Source: Nitrosarchaeum sp.
GTDB lineage: Archaea; Thermoproteota; Nitrososphaeria; Nitrososphaerales; Nitrosopumilaceae
Direction of reading: 5' to 3'
Length of the DNA: 64,000 nt
NCBI GenBank assembly: GCA_965223865.1
Contig: OZ245020.1
Span: forward strand, 224,001-288,000
The translations under genes and the position numbers were made by a program. The stretch's first letter is position 1; every line of letters starts with the position of its first letter. The notes under the pieces are model-generated. The model was not told where the DNA came from and searched no databases. It worked only from the letters and a program-made list of their open reading frames with translations. Positions 50,224 to 61,229 of this stretch are shown one piece after another.

Positions 50224-50528
50224 AATCTGGAATTTTGAAATCTAGAATAAGTTTCTTTATTATACTGTTTTAGTGTCAAACTAACAAAAAGGTAAATGTT
50301 TGAAAAATGGAATTTAGCGAAGTATATTGTAATAATTGCAAAAAAGTTCTTGGAAGATACAACATAAAATTTTACACAGAAGATAAAATCAGTGAGTTGA
50401 TGAAAACAAGTCATGTAACTCATGTTAGAAATGGGCATCATGTAATAATTCGAAAAATCGAAAAATAACGATCTTAAGAGCATTTAATTGGTTTCTTCAA
50501 ATAATTTACAAATATTTTTTTAATTTAT

Positions 50529-51608
50529 TTAATCAAGTGATTTTTGAAATTCATCTAAGAGACTTTTTTGATGTTTATTGAGTTTTTTTGGTATATTTAC
50601 AACAATTCGAACATATTGGTCGCCTCTTCCTCTAGAATTTAGATGAGGAACGCCTTTTCCTTTTAGTTTTATTATAGTATTAGGTTGGCTTCCAGATTCC
50701 ACCTTGATTTTTTCAGTACCATCTAGAGTTGGAACTACAATCTCACGTCCTAAAGCAGCATCAACCATGGAGACATCTTGATCATAAAAGATGTCCCTCT
50801 CATCTCTCTTGAATTGAGGATGAGGCTGAACTCTAATTCTTACAATTAAATCTCCATTTACTCCTCCAGGGATTTCATTTCCTTCATTTGGAATTGTGTA
50901 ATCTCCTGAATCTACACCTGCTGGAATATCAAATGATATTTTTTTAGTGCCTTTTTTCTTTGTTTTTCCTTTACATTCACTGCAAGGAGTCTCTATAATA
51001 GAGCCTTGGCCTTGACAAGTTGAACAAGGCTCAACTGTAACAAAAGATGCAAATCCCATACTTCGGCTTTTACGAACTTGACCTTGGCCATTACAAGCTG
51101 AACAAGTATTCTTGTTTGTGCCTGGTTTACATCCTGAACCATTACATCCATCACACTTGATCTCTTTTTGTAGTTCAATTTCCATTTTTTTGCCATGTAA
51201 AACATCTTCAAGGGTAATTGAGGTTTCATAAAGAATATCAGAACCACGTTGTTGTCTGGAACTAAATCCTCCTCGTCCAAAAATTGATTCAAAAATGGAG
51301 TCAAATCCGCCACCACCTCTTCCAAATAAATCACTAAAGTCACCTCTTGCTCCCTGGAAAATATCATCACTGCTGTATCTTCCGTCTACTCCTTGATGAC
51401 CATATTGATCATACACTTTACGTTTTTCAGGATCAGATAGAACACCATATGCTTCAGAAATTTCTTTGAAATGCTCACCTGCCTCAGCTGATTGATTACG
51501 ATCTGGATGAAATTTTAAAGCTAGTTTTCTGTATTGTTTTTTGATTTCATCCGAAGAGCTTGTTTTTGAAACTCCTAAAACTTCATAGTAATCACGTTTT
51601 GCTGACAT
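50529..51608 (-). CDS. dnaJ: Chaperone DnaJ
   Basis: J-domain HPD, G/F region and CxxCxGxG repeats. Confidence 0.97.
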   Translation of the reverse strand: MSAKRDYYEVLGVSKTSSSDEIKKQYRKLALKFHPDRNQSAEAGEHFKEISEAYGVLSDPEKRKVYDQYGHQGVDGRYSSDDIFQGARGDFSDLFGRGGGGFDSIFESIFGRGGFSSRQQRGSDILYETSITLEDVLHGKKMEIELQKEIKCDGCNGSGCKPGTNKNTCSACNGQGQVRKSRSMGFASFVTVEPCSTCQGQGSIIETPCSECKGKTKKKGTKKISFDIPAGVDSGDYTIPNEGNEIPGGVNGDLIVRIRVQPHPQFKRDERDIFYDQDVSMVDAALGREIVVPTLDGTEKIKVESGSQPNTIIKLKGKGVPHLNSRGRGDQYVRIVVNIPKKLNKHQKSLLDEFQKSLD

Positions 51609-51652
51609 TGATATCCCTTAATTATAATTGAAATAACGAGCTATTTGTAGAC

Positions 51653-53494
51653 TTAGTTACTTTTTGTTTCATCACTAGATGATTGAGAGGTGTTTTGTTG
51701 TCCTTCTCCTGCACTTTGTTGTCCTTCAGCTCCTGGTGGAGGAGCAGCATTTTTGTAAAGTTCAGTTGTAACTTCATTGACAATTGCCTTTAGAGAATCA
51801 AGTTTTGATTTTAATTCTTCAGGTTCCTTGTCTAGAAACTCTTTGACTTCTTTTACTGAATCAGTGATTTTGATTCCTTGTTCTTGGGAAATTTTATCTT
51901 TAAGGTTGTGATTTACTAATTTCTCAGTTGTGTAGATGTAGCTTTCAGCTTCATTTCTAAGATCAATTTTTTCCTTCTTCTTTTTATCCTCCTCAGAGAA
52001 TTTTTCTGCATCTTCTTTTAGTTTTTCAATTTCATCTTTAGATAATTTTGAGGTCGACTCTATGGTAATTTTTGCTTCTTTTTGTGTACCAAGATCCTTT
52101 GCAGTTACATTGATAATTCCATTTGCATCAATATCGAATTTAACTTCAATTTGAGGAATTCCTCGTGGTGCTGGTGGTAAATCAGTGAGGTTAAAGCTTC
52201 CTAGAGAAACATTGTCTGTAGCCATTGGTCGTTCACCTTGAACAACATGTATGGTTACTGCCGTTTGATTATCAGCAGCAGTTGTGAACACCTTACTTTT
52301 TGAAGTTGGAATAGTAGTATTTCTTTCAATTAATGGCTCCCTTACGCCACCTAGGGTTTCTATTCCTAAAGTTAATGGTGTTACATCTAATAATACAATA
52401 TCACTAGCAACATCTCCGGCAATAATTCCTGCCTGAATTGCTGCACCCATTGCTACTGCTTCCATAGGATCGACTCCAGATTCTGGTTCTTTTCCTACAA
52501 CTTCACCAACAAATTTTTTGACTAGTGGAATTCTTGTTGGACCACCAACCATGACAATTTTATTAATATCCGATGTTGATAGTTTTGCATCTTGTATGGC
52601 TTTGTCAATTGAGGATCTACATTTCTCTACAATTGGTCCAATAAGTTCATCTAATTTTGCTCGAGTAACTCTTAATTCAAGATTCTTTGCACCTGAAGAA
52701 TCCTGAGCAATGAATGGAAGGTTAATGTCAGTTTCCATTACTGTTGATAGTTCAATTTTTGCTTTTTCTGCTGCTTCTCTAATTCTTGTCATAGCTGTGT
52801 TATCTTGTGAAAGGTCAATTCCTTCCTTTTTCTTGAATTCGTCATTAATGTAATCAATTACAGCTTTATCCATATCAGTTCCACCCAATTGTGTATCACC
52901 AGAAGTACTCATTACTTCAAAGACACCACCACCCATTTCCATAATAGTAACATCTAATGTTCCACCACCAAAATCAAAGACAAGAATTTTCATATCTTGT
53001 TTTGCCTTGTCTAATCCAAATGCAAGTGATGCTGCAGTTGGTTCATTGATTATTCTTACTACATCAAGTCCGGCAATAGTACCAGCATCTTTTGTTGCTT
53101 GACGTTGGTTATCATCAAAATATGCAGGAACAGTAATCACTGCTTTTTCTACAGTTTCGCCTACGAAAGCTTCTGCATCTTTCTTTATTTTCTGAAGAAT
53201 AAAAGCAGAAATTTGTTGAGGTTTGTATTCTTTATCTTGAATTTTGAATGTATGTTCAGAGCCCATCTTTCGTTTTGCAGCTACAATTGTATTATCAGGA
53301 TTAGTTACTGCTTGTCTTCGGGCAGGCTCACCAACTAAAAGATCGCCATCTTTTGAGAATGCTACAACTGAAGGAAATGCCTTTCCTCCTACTGTTGCGC
53401 CTTCAGCTGCAGGAATTATGGTTGGTTTACCACCCATCATTACTGCAGCAGCCGAGTTACTCGTTCCTAAATCGATTCCTATTACTTTAGCCAT
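51653..53494 (-). CDS. dnaK: Chaperone DnaK (Hsp70)
   Basis: [21 protein letters not shown] and GIETLGG motifs. Confidence 0.98.
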   Translation of the reverse strand: MAKVIGIDLGTSNSAAAVMMGGKPTIIPAAEGATVGGKAFPSVVAFSKDGDLLVGEPARRQAVTNPDNTIVAAKRKMGSEHTFKIQDKEYKPQQISAFILQKIKKDAEAFVGETVEKAVITVPAYFDDNQRQATKDAGTIAGLDVVRIINEPTAASLAFGLDKAKQDMKILVFDFGGGTLDVTIMEMGGGVFEVMSTSGDTQLGGTDMDKAVIDYINDEFKKKEGIDLSQDNTAMTRIREAAEKAKIELSTVMETDINLPFIAQDSSGAKNLELRVTRAKLDELIGPIVEKCRSSIDKAIQDAKLSTSDINKIVMVGGPTRIPLVKKFVGEVVGKEPESGVDPMEAVAMGAAIQAGIIAGDVASDIVLLDVTPLTLGIETLGGVREPLIERNTTIPTSKSKVFTTAADNQTAVTIHVVQGERPMATDNVSLGSFNLTDLPPAPRGIPQIEVKFDIDANGIINVTAKDLGTQKEAKITIESTSKLSKDEIEKLKEDAEKFSEEDKKKKEKIDLRNEAESYIYTTEKLVNHNLKDKISQEQGIKITDSVKEVKEFLDKEPEELKSKLDSLKAIVNEVTTELYKNAAPPPGAEGQQSAGEGQQNTSQSSSDETKSN

Positions 53495-53500
53495 ATTATT

Positions 53501-54013
53501 TCATCCTTTTTTTGTAATTTCTACTAGCGTCGGTCTAATCACCCTCTCATGAGAAATATATCCTTTCCTGATTTCTTTGGTTATGGTATTTTCATCAAGA
53601 TCAGTATCATTAACAATTGAAATAGCCTCATGAAGATTTGGATCAAAGATCTCTCCTATCGCATCAATTGGAGTTACATTATATTTTGATAAAAGAGAAT
53701 CCATATTTTTCAAAATAGAATCTAATCCTACTGTATCAATCTTATTTTTAGAAAATGCCTCTTTAGCTCTAACAAAATCATCATGAATTTTTAAAAATTC
53801 TAACATAAACTCGTCGAGTTTTGAATTTATACCTCTTTCAATGTCCGACTCTACTTTTTTGGTAAGATTTTGGTAATCAGCTAAGATATGTTTAATTTTT
53901 TCTTCAGAATCAATGACTTTTTGTTTTTCTAATTCTAGTAGATTCTCCAATTCTTCAATAGATGATTCATCTGGATTTTCTAAACTGGATTCTGAATTGT
54001 TTTCATTAGACAT
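53501..54013 (-). CDS. grpE: Nucleotide exchange factor GrpE
   Basis: ADYQN, FDPNLHEAI and KGY...VIRP motifs; operon with dnaK/dnaJ. Confidence 0.93.
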   Translation of the reverse strand: MSNENNSESSLENPDESSIEELENLLELEKQKVIDSEEKIKHILADYQNLTKKVESDIERGINSKLDEFMLEFLKIHDDFVRAKEAFSKNKIDTVGLDSILKNMDSLLSKYNVTPIDAIGEIFDPNLHEAISIVNDTDLDENTITKEIRKGYISHERVIRPTLVEITKKG

Positions 54014-54048
54014 TTTAACCAGAATATTTGTTAAGCTAATTTATACTC

Positions 54049-55188
54049 TTATTGGATAGTTTCGCATAAGGGGTTTGCCTTTACAATAATTAGATCTGAA
54101 TCTTGTTTAGTTTTTTGAATATTTTCAAAATCCGATTTTGAGCAAGTTACAACTATTGTGGTTTTATCGCTATGAAACAAATCAAAGTTTGGATCTTCAT
54201 AAGCTTCAACATCGCCAATATAATCACGTAGTTTAGAAGTTAAATTTTGAAGCATTTCAATTTTATCTCCACGCATTTCATGTTGATCAAGTGTCCAAGA
54301 AAGAGCAATTTTTGTTCTACTTGCTTTAAGATCATTTTTCTTTAGTGTAGATCGAATTTCATCAATTAGTCGTTTGATATATCCATCAATTCCCTTGACA
54401 CTTCCATTGATAAGATACATGAGCGTGTTTGTACCCTCAAATGATGAGCCTAGTGATTTTAAATCAAATAGTCCGCTGACCATGTTGTCTAGGTAAATTT
54501 CTTGGAATTCATCTGAGGAAAGATCTCTTTTTGTAATCTCATCTTTTGTAAATTTGCATACCTCAAGAATACTACACAAACTTGAAAATCTAGATAATAC
54601 GTCAATTGCGTGAAAATGTTCAGACGATGAGATTGCTACAAATTTTTTTTCTTTTTTTGATGTGGTTAAGAGTTCTGCTAATTTTGGATCTTCTTTACCG
54701 TTGTAGGATCCAATAATTTTTGGTTGCTCGTTAATATCTTGTAATGGATAATAAAAATAAGATATTTGTTTTCCAACTTCTAATCCTGTTATATGTTCTA
54801 AAAGTGAGATGTTTTCATTATTTCCACCAAATCCTGTTGGAAGTGTATAAACTACAGAGCTATTTTTTTTAAGAGAACTCGTAGCATCCTTGAATTTTGA
54901 ATGTATCTCAGTTTTGATATCTTGTCCTGTCTTTCGAATTCTAGGAGTAAAGAAGAGATATTGTGCCTTTGAAATTGCTACATTAATTGGCTCCATTGCC
55001 AGGAGAGGTTCATCTTCTTTGAGTGAGGAGACATTTGGATATGTTTTTGCTATTTCGGCTTTGAGAGATATTGCTGATGGTGTTGATTCATCAATAATAT
55101 GCACATCTGCACCCTTGATTGCCATTTGAGATGCAATGGAATATCCTTCGGTGCTAAGTCCATAAACAACAACTTTTGCTCCCCCCAT
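54049..55188 (-). CDS. Nucleotide-sugar dehydrogenase-like protein lacking canonical catalytic motifs
   Basis: Rossmann-like start KVVVYGLSTEG, EPLL and a UDP-binding-domain-like C-terminus; no GGHC. Confidence 0.55.
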   Translation of the reverse strand: MGGAKVVVYGLSTEGYSIASQMAIKGADVHIIDESTPSAISLKAEIAKTYPNVSSLKEDEPLLAMEPINVAISKAQYLFFTPRIRKTGQDIKTEIHSKFKDATSSLKKNSSVVYTLPTGFGGNNENISLLEHITGLEVGKQISYFYYPLQDINEQPKIIGSYNGKEDPKLAELLTTSKKEKKFVAISSSEHFHAIDVLSRFSSLCSILEVCKFTKDEITKRDLSSDEFQEIYLDNMVSGLFDLKSLGSSFEGTNTLMYLINGSVKGIDGYIKRLIDEIRSTLKKNDLKASRTKIALSWTLDQHEMRGDKIEMLQNLTSKLRDYIGDVEAYEDPNFDLFHSDKTTIVVTCSKSDFENIQKTKQDSDLIIVKANPLCETIQ

Positions 55189-55251
55189 TGCAGTTGGCTA
55201 GGTAATAGAGTAAGAAAAACTTATTGAACTTGCAAAAATGATGAAAAATGT

Positions 55252-56265
55252 TTGAAAATTTGGATTGATATTCTTACTCCAAAACAATTACTATTTGCAG
55301 AGTCAATAATTGAGAAACTATCCAAAAAGCATCGCATTTTGTGTACCTCTAGATCGTATGAAGAAGTGTCAAATTTGGCAAAAATCAGGAAATTTAGTCT
55401 AATTTATGCAGGAAAACATGGTGGAATTGAAAGATCTAAGAAGTTAAAGGCAAGTAATCTTCGTGTGAAAAAACTGATTCCTATAATTGAGAAATTTGGG
55501 CCAGAGTTGACAATCAGTTTCTGCTCCCCAGAAGCAGCTAGAATTTCATTTGGGTTAGGAATTAGACATATTGCATTTTGTGATAGTCCACATGCAGAGG
55601 CAGTTATGAGATTGACTGTTCCTTTAATTCAAAAGATGCTAATACTATGGATAATTCCCAAAAAAGAGTTTTCAAAGTATGGAATCGATCAAAAAAATAT
55701 AATTTCATACAAAGCAATTGATGCACATATCACCATCAAAAGGAAAATTGTTCAAAAATCCAATTTGTTTAAAAAAAATAAAAAAAATATTTTGATTAGA
55801 GTTGAAGAAGAAGAAGCCGCATATGCCTCAAAACAAAACAAGAGCATTCCAATAATTAATGCAATTATAAGAAATTTTGATGAAGATATTGTGATTTTAG
55901 CTAGATACAAAAACCAAAGAGAAAATCTCAAGAGAAAATTTGGAGATAAAGTTACAGTTTTGAAAATGGCATATGATGGTAAAACGTTACTAGAAAATAC
56001 AGATGTGTTTATTGGATCTGGTGGAACTATGACTGGAGAATCTGCAATACTTGGAATACCTACAATTTCATACAATGCCGTACCAAATATAATTGAGAAA
56101 TATCTGGTGAAAAATAATCTTGTTAAAAGAGAAACAGATCATCAAAAAATTGTCAAAATTCTAGAGAAAATTTTCAAATCATCAAAAAAAGAATACAAAC
56201 TCAAAGCAGCAAGATTTTCAAATTCTATGGAAGATCCTATTGAAAAGTTAATCAAGATAATTTGA
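55252..56265 (+). CDS. DUF354 family protein (GT-B fold)
   Basis: MKIWIDI.TP, GKHGG and GSGGTM..ESA.LG.PTIS motifs. Confidence 0.85.
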   Translation: MKIWIDILTPKQLLFAESIIEKLSKKHRILCTSRSYEEVSNLAKIRKFSLIYAGKHGGIERSKKLKASNLRVKKLIPIIEKFGPELTISFCSPEAARISFGLGIRHIAFCDSPHAEAVMRLTVPLIQKMLILWIIPKKEFSKYGIDQKNIISYKAIDAHITIKRKIVQKSNLFKKNKKNILIRVEEEEAAYASKQNKSIPIINAIIRNFDEDIVILARYKNQRENLKRKFGDKVTVLKMAYDGKTLLENTDVFIGSGGTMTGESAILGIPTISYNAVPNIIEKYLVKNNLVKRETDHQKIVKILEKIFKSSKKEYKLKAARFSNSMEDPIEKLIKII

Positions 56266-56338
56266 GAAGATGTGAAATTATCAACCAGAATTTTCTAAAT
56301 AAAAAGTTCATTAAGGGAAATACAGTGCTCGATTTAGC

Positions 56339-56411
56339 AGCCCGGTAGTGTAGCGGTCAAGCATAGGGGCCTTTGGAGCCCTTGACCCCAGTTCGAGTCT
56401 GGGCCGGGCTA
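56339..56411 (+). tRNA. tRNA-Gln(TTG)
   Basis: AGCCCGG/CCGGGCT acceptor, GGGGC-CTTTGGA-GCCCT anticodon arm and GTTCGAGT T-loop. Confidence 0.93.
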
Positions 56412-56454
56412 CTACTTTTGAAATTCTCAACATGAATAAAGTGGTAAATTCATC

Positions 56455-57207
56455 TTGAAATTGAATCAAATGACAGATATTATTCTAGGAATGGGAGAGG
56501 TAGGCTCTACCCTATTTGAGTTGCTAACAGAGAGAGGTTTTGATTGCGTAGGAATTGATATCGACAAATCAAAGGAAAAAAATTTAGAATTAAACAAAAA
56601 TCCTCAAATTTTGCATATTTGTTTGCCAGGAGAATCAGATGAATTTGAAAATATGGTATTAGAAAAGATCAAAGAAAATCAAAGCTTACAAGCTGTAATT
56701 ATTCATTCAACTGTTAAACCCGGAACAACAAAAAGTATTCAAGACAAAACTGACATTCCTGTATTTTATTCTCCAGTAAGAGGAGTACACACAAGATTCC
56801 TAGAAGATTTCAAAAGATATACAAAATTTGTTGCATGTGATTGTAAAGTTAATGAGAATATCAGATCAGAAATTGAGAAAAGATTTCAAAAAGTTCAATG
56901 GATGTCAAATACAAAGACTGTAGAACTTGCAAAAATTCTAGTGGATACTAGCTACTATGGTTGGCTAATTAATTATGCTCAAATAACTAAAATGATTTGT
57001 GAAAAAGAAGGAGTAGATTTTGATGAGATGTGGAAATTTTCAGATGAGATTCAAGAGTTTTTAGGAAATAGACCAAAACTGATTCCTGGAATTATTGGGG
57101 GACATTGCGTAATTCCAAATTTAGATTTGATAGACTATGATGAATTAAAGACAATAAAAGATCTAAATGATATTTTTAAAAAATTCAAAGAAAAATCAAA
57201 AGTCTAA
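56455..57207 (+). CDS. Short UDP-glucose/GDP-mannose dehydrogenase family protein
   Basis: GMGEVG, HSTVKPGTT, SPVRG, ELAK and PGIIGGHCVIPN; lacks the C-terminal domain. Confidence 0.8.
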   Translation: MKLNQMTDIILGMGEVGSTLFELLTERGFDCVGIDIDKSKEKNLELNKNPQILHICLPGESDEFENMVLEKIKENQSLQAVIIHSTVKPGTTKSIQDKTDIPVFYSPVRGVHTRFLEDFKRYTKFVACDCKVNENIRSEIEKRFQKVQWMSNTKTVELAKILVDTSYYGWLINYAQITKMICEKEGVDFDEMWKFSDEIQEFLGNRPKLIPGIIGGHCVIPNLDLIDYDELKTIKDLNDIFKKFKEKSKV

Positions 57208-57957
57208 TCGTGTTAATAATTTAGTTGCAACAAGAAATAGAATGGTAGTAAGAACAACTAAAACTCCCATCTCAATAATTACAAATTCAGTGATATTACC
57301 AAAAATTCCTCCTCTAATTACATCGACAAGATAAGTTAATGGATTTACATAAAAAGCAGTAGAGAGTGGTTCAGGTGTTCCTTCTACAGGATAAAATGCT
57401 GTACTAACAAAAGCAAAAAAAAGAAATGCAGTATTAATAATTACATTAAAGCCCTCACTTGAGCGCAATCTAGTTGAAATTATCGAAGCTAAAGAACCAA
57501 AAAGAATCGAGCCTGTAATGGCGGCAAAAATAATCATTGGAATTGTATAAATAGAAAATTCTAATGAATCAAAAAATACGGGATATCCTACTAGTGCAAT
57601 TAGTGTAGCACTGATCAATCCAACAATTCCAATGGTGCAGATATTACTGAACACATAATGAGCCCGAGTAAATGGTCCAGACATTATTTGTTCAAACATT
57701 CCGTGCCTACGATCATTCCAAATTATTATTCCAGATACTAAAGTACTGTTCATAATGTTAAATCCAATCATTCCTGAGGCAAGAAAAGCAGGATATGCAA
57801 TGTCTTTGGTTCCAAATGGAACCTCTTTGATTAATGAAGTATATGCAAAACCTGCCACAAAAATATAGATTAATGGAAACATTATCTGCCAAATCAGAAA
57901 ACCAGGATTTAGTGAAATTGTTAGATTTCGATTTACTAGTCTAATGATTGGATGCAT
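57196..57957 (-). CDS. ABC-2 type transporter permease
   Basis: Six TMs; STAFYP and NPLTYLVD motifs. Confidence 0.9.
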   Translation of the reverse strand: MHPIIRLVNRNLTISLNPGFLIWQIMFPLIYIFVAGFAYTSLIKEVPFGTKDIAYPAFLASGMIGFNIMNSTLVSGIIIWNDRRHGMFEQIMSGPFTRAHYVFSNICTIGIVGLISATLIALVGYPVFFDSLEFSIYTIPMIIFAAITGSILFGSLASIISTRLRSSEGFNVIINTAFLFFAFVSTAFYPVEGTPEPLSTAFYVNPLTYLVDVIRGGIFGNITEFVIIEMGVLVVLTTILFLVATKLLTRLDF

Positions 57958-58882
57958 TATCCTCCACCATTTTTAGAAATATTTCTTCAAGATTTGTTGG
58001 AACTGCAGAAAGGTCTTCAATTTCAATCTGGTTTTCATTTAGAGCCTTGAGGACTTGAAGCAACACTAGTTCTGACTCATGTGAATGAATTGTAATGTTT
58101 GTTCCATTGTTAAAGTCTATTTGACAATCTTTGATACCTGAAAGAATTTCAGAAATTTGATCTTCTTTTGTAGAGATGTGAATCTTGATTGTTCTTTCTT
58201 TGCCAAATTTATTTTTTAGAGATTCTGGAGAGTCTACTGTGAGTATTTTTCCTTTATCAATTATTGCAATCTCATCGCATAGATATTCTGCTTCAGTCAA
58301 AACATGAGTGGTGTAAAAAATTGTTAGTCCACCTGTTTTTACTTTATTTTTTATATAATCCATTAACTTTCTTCTTGCACTAGGATCCAAACCTACTGTT
58401 GGTTCATCTAAAAATAATAATTCCATATCATGCATAAATTCACGTGCAACCTGAACTCGTCTTCTCTGACCAATTGAGAGATCTTCGTTTCTTTTTTTTC
58501 GAATTTCACTTAGATCAAAGTCTTTGATTAGCTGTTCCATCCTTTCTTTTCTTTTTTCTTTTGGTACATCCCACATCATACCATATTTTTCAAGAGATTT
58601 TTCAACAGAAAGAGTAGGCTCGTAGCTTGGTTGCTGTAAGACAACTCCTATTTTGTGGCGTACATCTAATGGATTTTTGATAGCATCAACTCCTAAAATG
58701 TCAAGTGAACCCTCAGAAGGTGGAATTAAAGTTGTTAGTAATTTTATTGTAGTTGATTTTCCGGCTCCGTTTGGGCCTAAGAAGCCAAAGACTTGGCCAG
58801 ATTTTACTGATAAACTAATGTTATTTACTGCTCTAACTGAACCATATGATTTTTTTAGGTTTTTAGCTGAAATACAACTCAC
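57941..58882 (-). CDS. ABC transporter ATP-binding protein (DrrA-like)
   Basis: GPNGAGKST, LSIGQ and LDEPTVGLD motifs. Confidence 0.93.
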   Translation of the reverse strand: MSCISAKNLKKSYGSVRAVNNISLSVKSGQVFGFLGPNGAGKSTTIKLLTTLIPPSEGSLDILGVDAIKNPLDVRHKIGVVLQQPSYEPTLSVEKSLEKYGMMWDVPKEKRKERMEQLIKDFDLSEIRKKRNEDLSIGQRRRVQVAREFMHDMELLFLDEPTVGLDPSARRKLMDYIKNKVKTGGLTIFYTTHVLTEAEYLCDEIAIIDKGKILTVDSPESLKNKFGKERTIKIHISTKEDQISEILSGIKDCQIDFNNGTNITIHSHESELVLLQVLKALNENQIEIEDLSAVPTNLEEIFLKMVEDNASNH

Positions 58883-59154
58883 GAAGCGTTTTCCAGTCTT
58901 CTTACTAAAGTAGTTAATGTGTTCAATCTGGGTAATGCTAATTTAGAACCAGAAATTCAGGTGTTAATGAATTCATTGACAAAGAGTAAAAATAGAAATC
59001 TCCCCGATTTATGCCTGATGATACGACGTTTCTCGTAAAGGTTAAGATGTAAAATTGTTCAATATTTGGTTCAAATTTGAATAGGAGCACAACGTGCATG
59101 GGGATATAGTTAGATGTGTAGTTTTAAGACCCACGTGGAAAATTCAAAAATAGG

Positions 59155-60252
59155 TCAACTCGTTGTGTAATATTCTGCTTTTTTTCGTCCACTCTCGGTA
59201 AGAAGCAAGTTTTCTTGATCTTTCTTTTCTATCAGTTTTTTCTCTAGTGCAAATTCACATACTTTTTTCGAATATTCAGTCGTCCATCCCAAAGCATTAG
59301 ACACGCTTGAAGGAGTCACATTACGATGTGATTCAATTTCGTCATTTACATGAGTTAACATGATCCCAACATCTATTTCGAATCGCTGTTTTGAAATACG
59401 TCTCCATCTGCTTATCAAACCTCTGTGTGGTGCCAATACCCAGATTAATCCAAACATAATGCCTGCCATCGTTGCCATTGATCCTGCTATGGACACATCA
59501 GCTAAAATTGCAAACAGATATCCTGTAACAGCACTAATAATTCCCAAACTAACTGAAAGTATGATCATACGAGATAATCTATCTGTTAACAGATATGCTG
59601 CAGCTGCTGGGACTATGAAAAATGCAATTACTAAAATGGCACCAACAGATTCAAAAGCAACAACCGCTGTTGTAGCTACCATTATCATCAGCAAATAATG
59701 AATCAATACAGGCATCAACCCAACACCTACCGCAAGCGATGCATCAAACGTACTAATCTTTAGTTCCTTGTATAGAATCGCAATGAAGGAAATATTTGCA
59801 ATTGCCAAGCTGCCAAGAACCCAGAGGGATTTAGAACCTATGTTAATTTCATCCACATACAACGTATCAAATGGCACGAACTCAATCGAACCATACAGGA
59901 CATGTTGTGCATCTATGTGTACGTTGCCAGCTTGTGTGACGAGTATTACACCAATGGCAAAAAGGAACGGAAATACTATTCCAATTGAGCTGTCCTGTCT
60001 TAGTTTACCTGTACGATATAGCAATTCTACCAATGAAACTGTAAGTATACCTGATAATACTCCTCCAACAATTACTGGTACAGTCTCCCTTCCTCCAACT
60101 GCAAACACAGCAATAACAATTCCCAACAACACGGCATGACTTATTGCGTCAGACATCATTGCCATCTGCCTTAACACTAAAAATACTCCAATTGAAGCGC
60201 AATTTGCTGCAACCAACACAGCGGTTCCAATTATGATTAGATCACTGGACAC
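59155..60252 (-). CDS. Mn/Zn ABC transporter permease (TroD/MntD-like) with C-terminal wHTH
   Basis: DAISHAVLLG, LYGSIEF and FESVGAIL motifs; soluble tail ending LTESGRKKA. Confidence 0.9.
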   Translation of the reverse strand: MSSDLIIIGTAVLVAANCASIGVFLVLRQMAMMSDAISHAVLLGIVIAVFAVGGRETVPVIVGGVLSGILTVSLVELLYRTGKLRQDSSIGIVFPFLFAIGVILVTQAGNVHIDAQHVLYGSIEFVPFDTLYVDEINIGSKSLWVLGSLAIANISFIAILYKELKISTFDASLAVGVGLMPVLIHYLLMIMVATTAVVAFESVGAILVIAFFIVPAAAAYLLTDRLSRMIILSVSLGIISAVTGYLFAILADVSIAGSMATMAGIMFGLIWVLAPHRGLISRWRRISKQRFEIDVGIMLTHVNDEIESHRNVTPSSVSNALGWTTEYSKKVCEFALEKKLIEKKDQENLLLTESGRKKAEYYTTS

Positions 60253-60258
60253 TTCTTA

Positions 60259-61209
60259 TCAACTCCTTGACTTTTTCTTCTCCGAAATGTTGGTAATTTT
60301 GTCTGAGTTGTTTTGATATTGTCTTTTCTTACGAATATACTGGAATAGATAACCTTGTTTAGGGGAAAACATCAATGAAATGCCCAATATGGCAGTAATC
60401 GTAATTACAATAACCGGCCCTGTTGACATTCCCTCTGTTGTGCTACTTATCATAGAACCAATAATTCCGCTTATGCCTCCAAATATTGCAGAAAGAACCA
60501 ACATGCTTTTCAGGCTAGAAATCCATTGTCTTGCTGCGGCTGCAGGTGCTATGAGCATTGCCACCATTAGAACCACGCCAACTGTGTGCAGACCAATGAC
60601 AACTGCTACAACTATTACTGATGTCAGTAAGGCACTAAGGTATTTGGTTGGAAACCCCAAACTCTGTCCAAATGCACTATCAAATGTTGCAATTTTGAAC
60701 TCTTTGAAGAATACTATCAGAACTACAAAACATCCTGCAGCTAAAATTCCTAGGTTTATAACGTCTGTCTCTATCAATGCAGCTGCTTGTCCAAAAAGAA
60801 ATCTATCCAATCCTCCCTGACTTGCCCCTCCAATACTCTGCAGATATGTAAGAAGAATGATACCTAAACCAAAGAAAACAGAAAGTGTTATCCCAAGTGC
60901 TGCATCTTGCTTTATTCTTGTTGTGCTTGTGATTCCTAATGTAACAATCCCACCAAACCATGCAAACACTGCAGCACCCAACATCAAGAGCAGAGAGTCT
61001 TTTGTTCCGACAAAAAGATATGCAATTCCGATTCCTGGCAAAGCAGCATGAGATAAAGCATCACCAAACAAGCTCTGTTTTCTCAGAACAGTAAAACACC
61101 CTAGCGCCCCACTAGTTATTCCCAAAATAGCTGAGCCAAGGGCTACGTATCTGAGAGTGTAATCAGTGAAGATTCCAATGAAGATAGAAAATATTTCTTC
61201 AAGAACCAT
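60259..61209 (-). CDS. Mn/Zn ABC transporter permease (TroC/MntC-like)
   Basis: GDALSHAALPG, FLFGQAA and APAAAARQW motifs. Confidence 0.92.
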   Translation of the reverse strand: MVLEEIFSIFIGIFTDYTLRYVALGSAILGITSGALGCFTVLRKQSLFGDALSHAALPGIGIAYLFVGTKDSLLLMLGAAVFAWFGGIVTLGITSTTRIKQDAALGITLSVFFGLGIILLTYLQSIGGASQGGLDRFLFGQAAALIETDVINLGILAAGCFVVLIVFFKEFKIATFDSAFGQSLGFPTKYLSALLTSVIVVAVVIGLHTVGVVLMVAMLIAPAAAARQWISSLKSMLVLSAIFGGISGIIGSMISSTTEGMSTGPVIVITITAILGISLMFSPKQGYLFQYIRKKRQYQNNSDKITNISEKKKSRS

Positions 61210-61229
61210 TTTAACATCTATTTTACATG

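Noticed and set aside
50106-50483. 125-aa minus-strand ORF
   Set aside because: It overlaps tRNA-Leu and has no protein-like features.
58995-59110. CTGATGA followed by hairpin TACGA..TCGTA, as a hammerhead ribozyme, C/D sRNA or fluoride riboswitch
   Set aside because: No GAAA after the stem, no downstream CTGA D box, and no fluoride-riboswitch 5' GGxGATGG helix.
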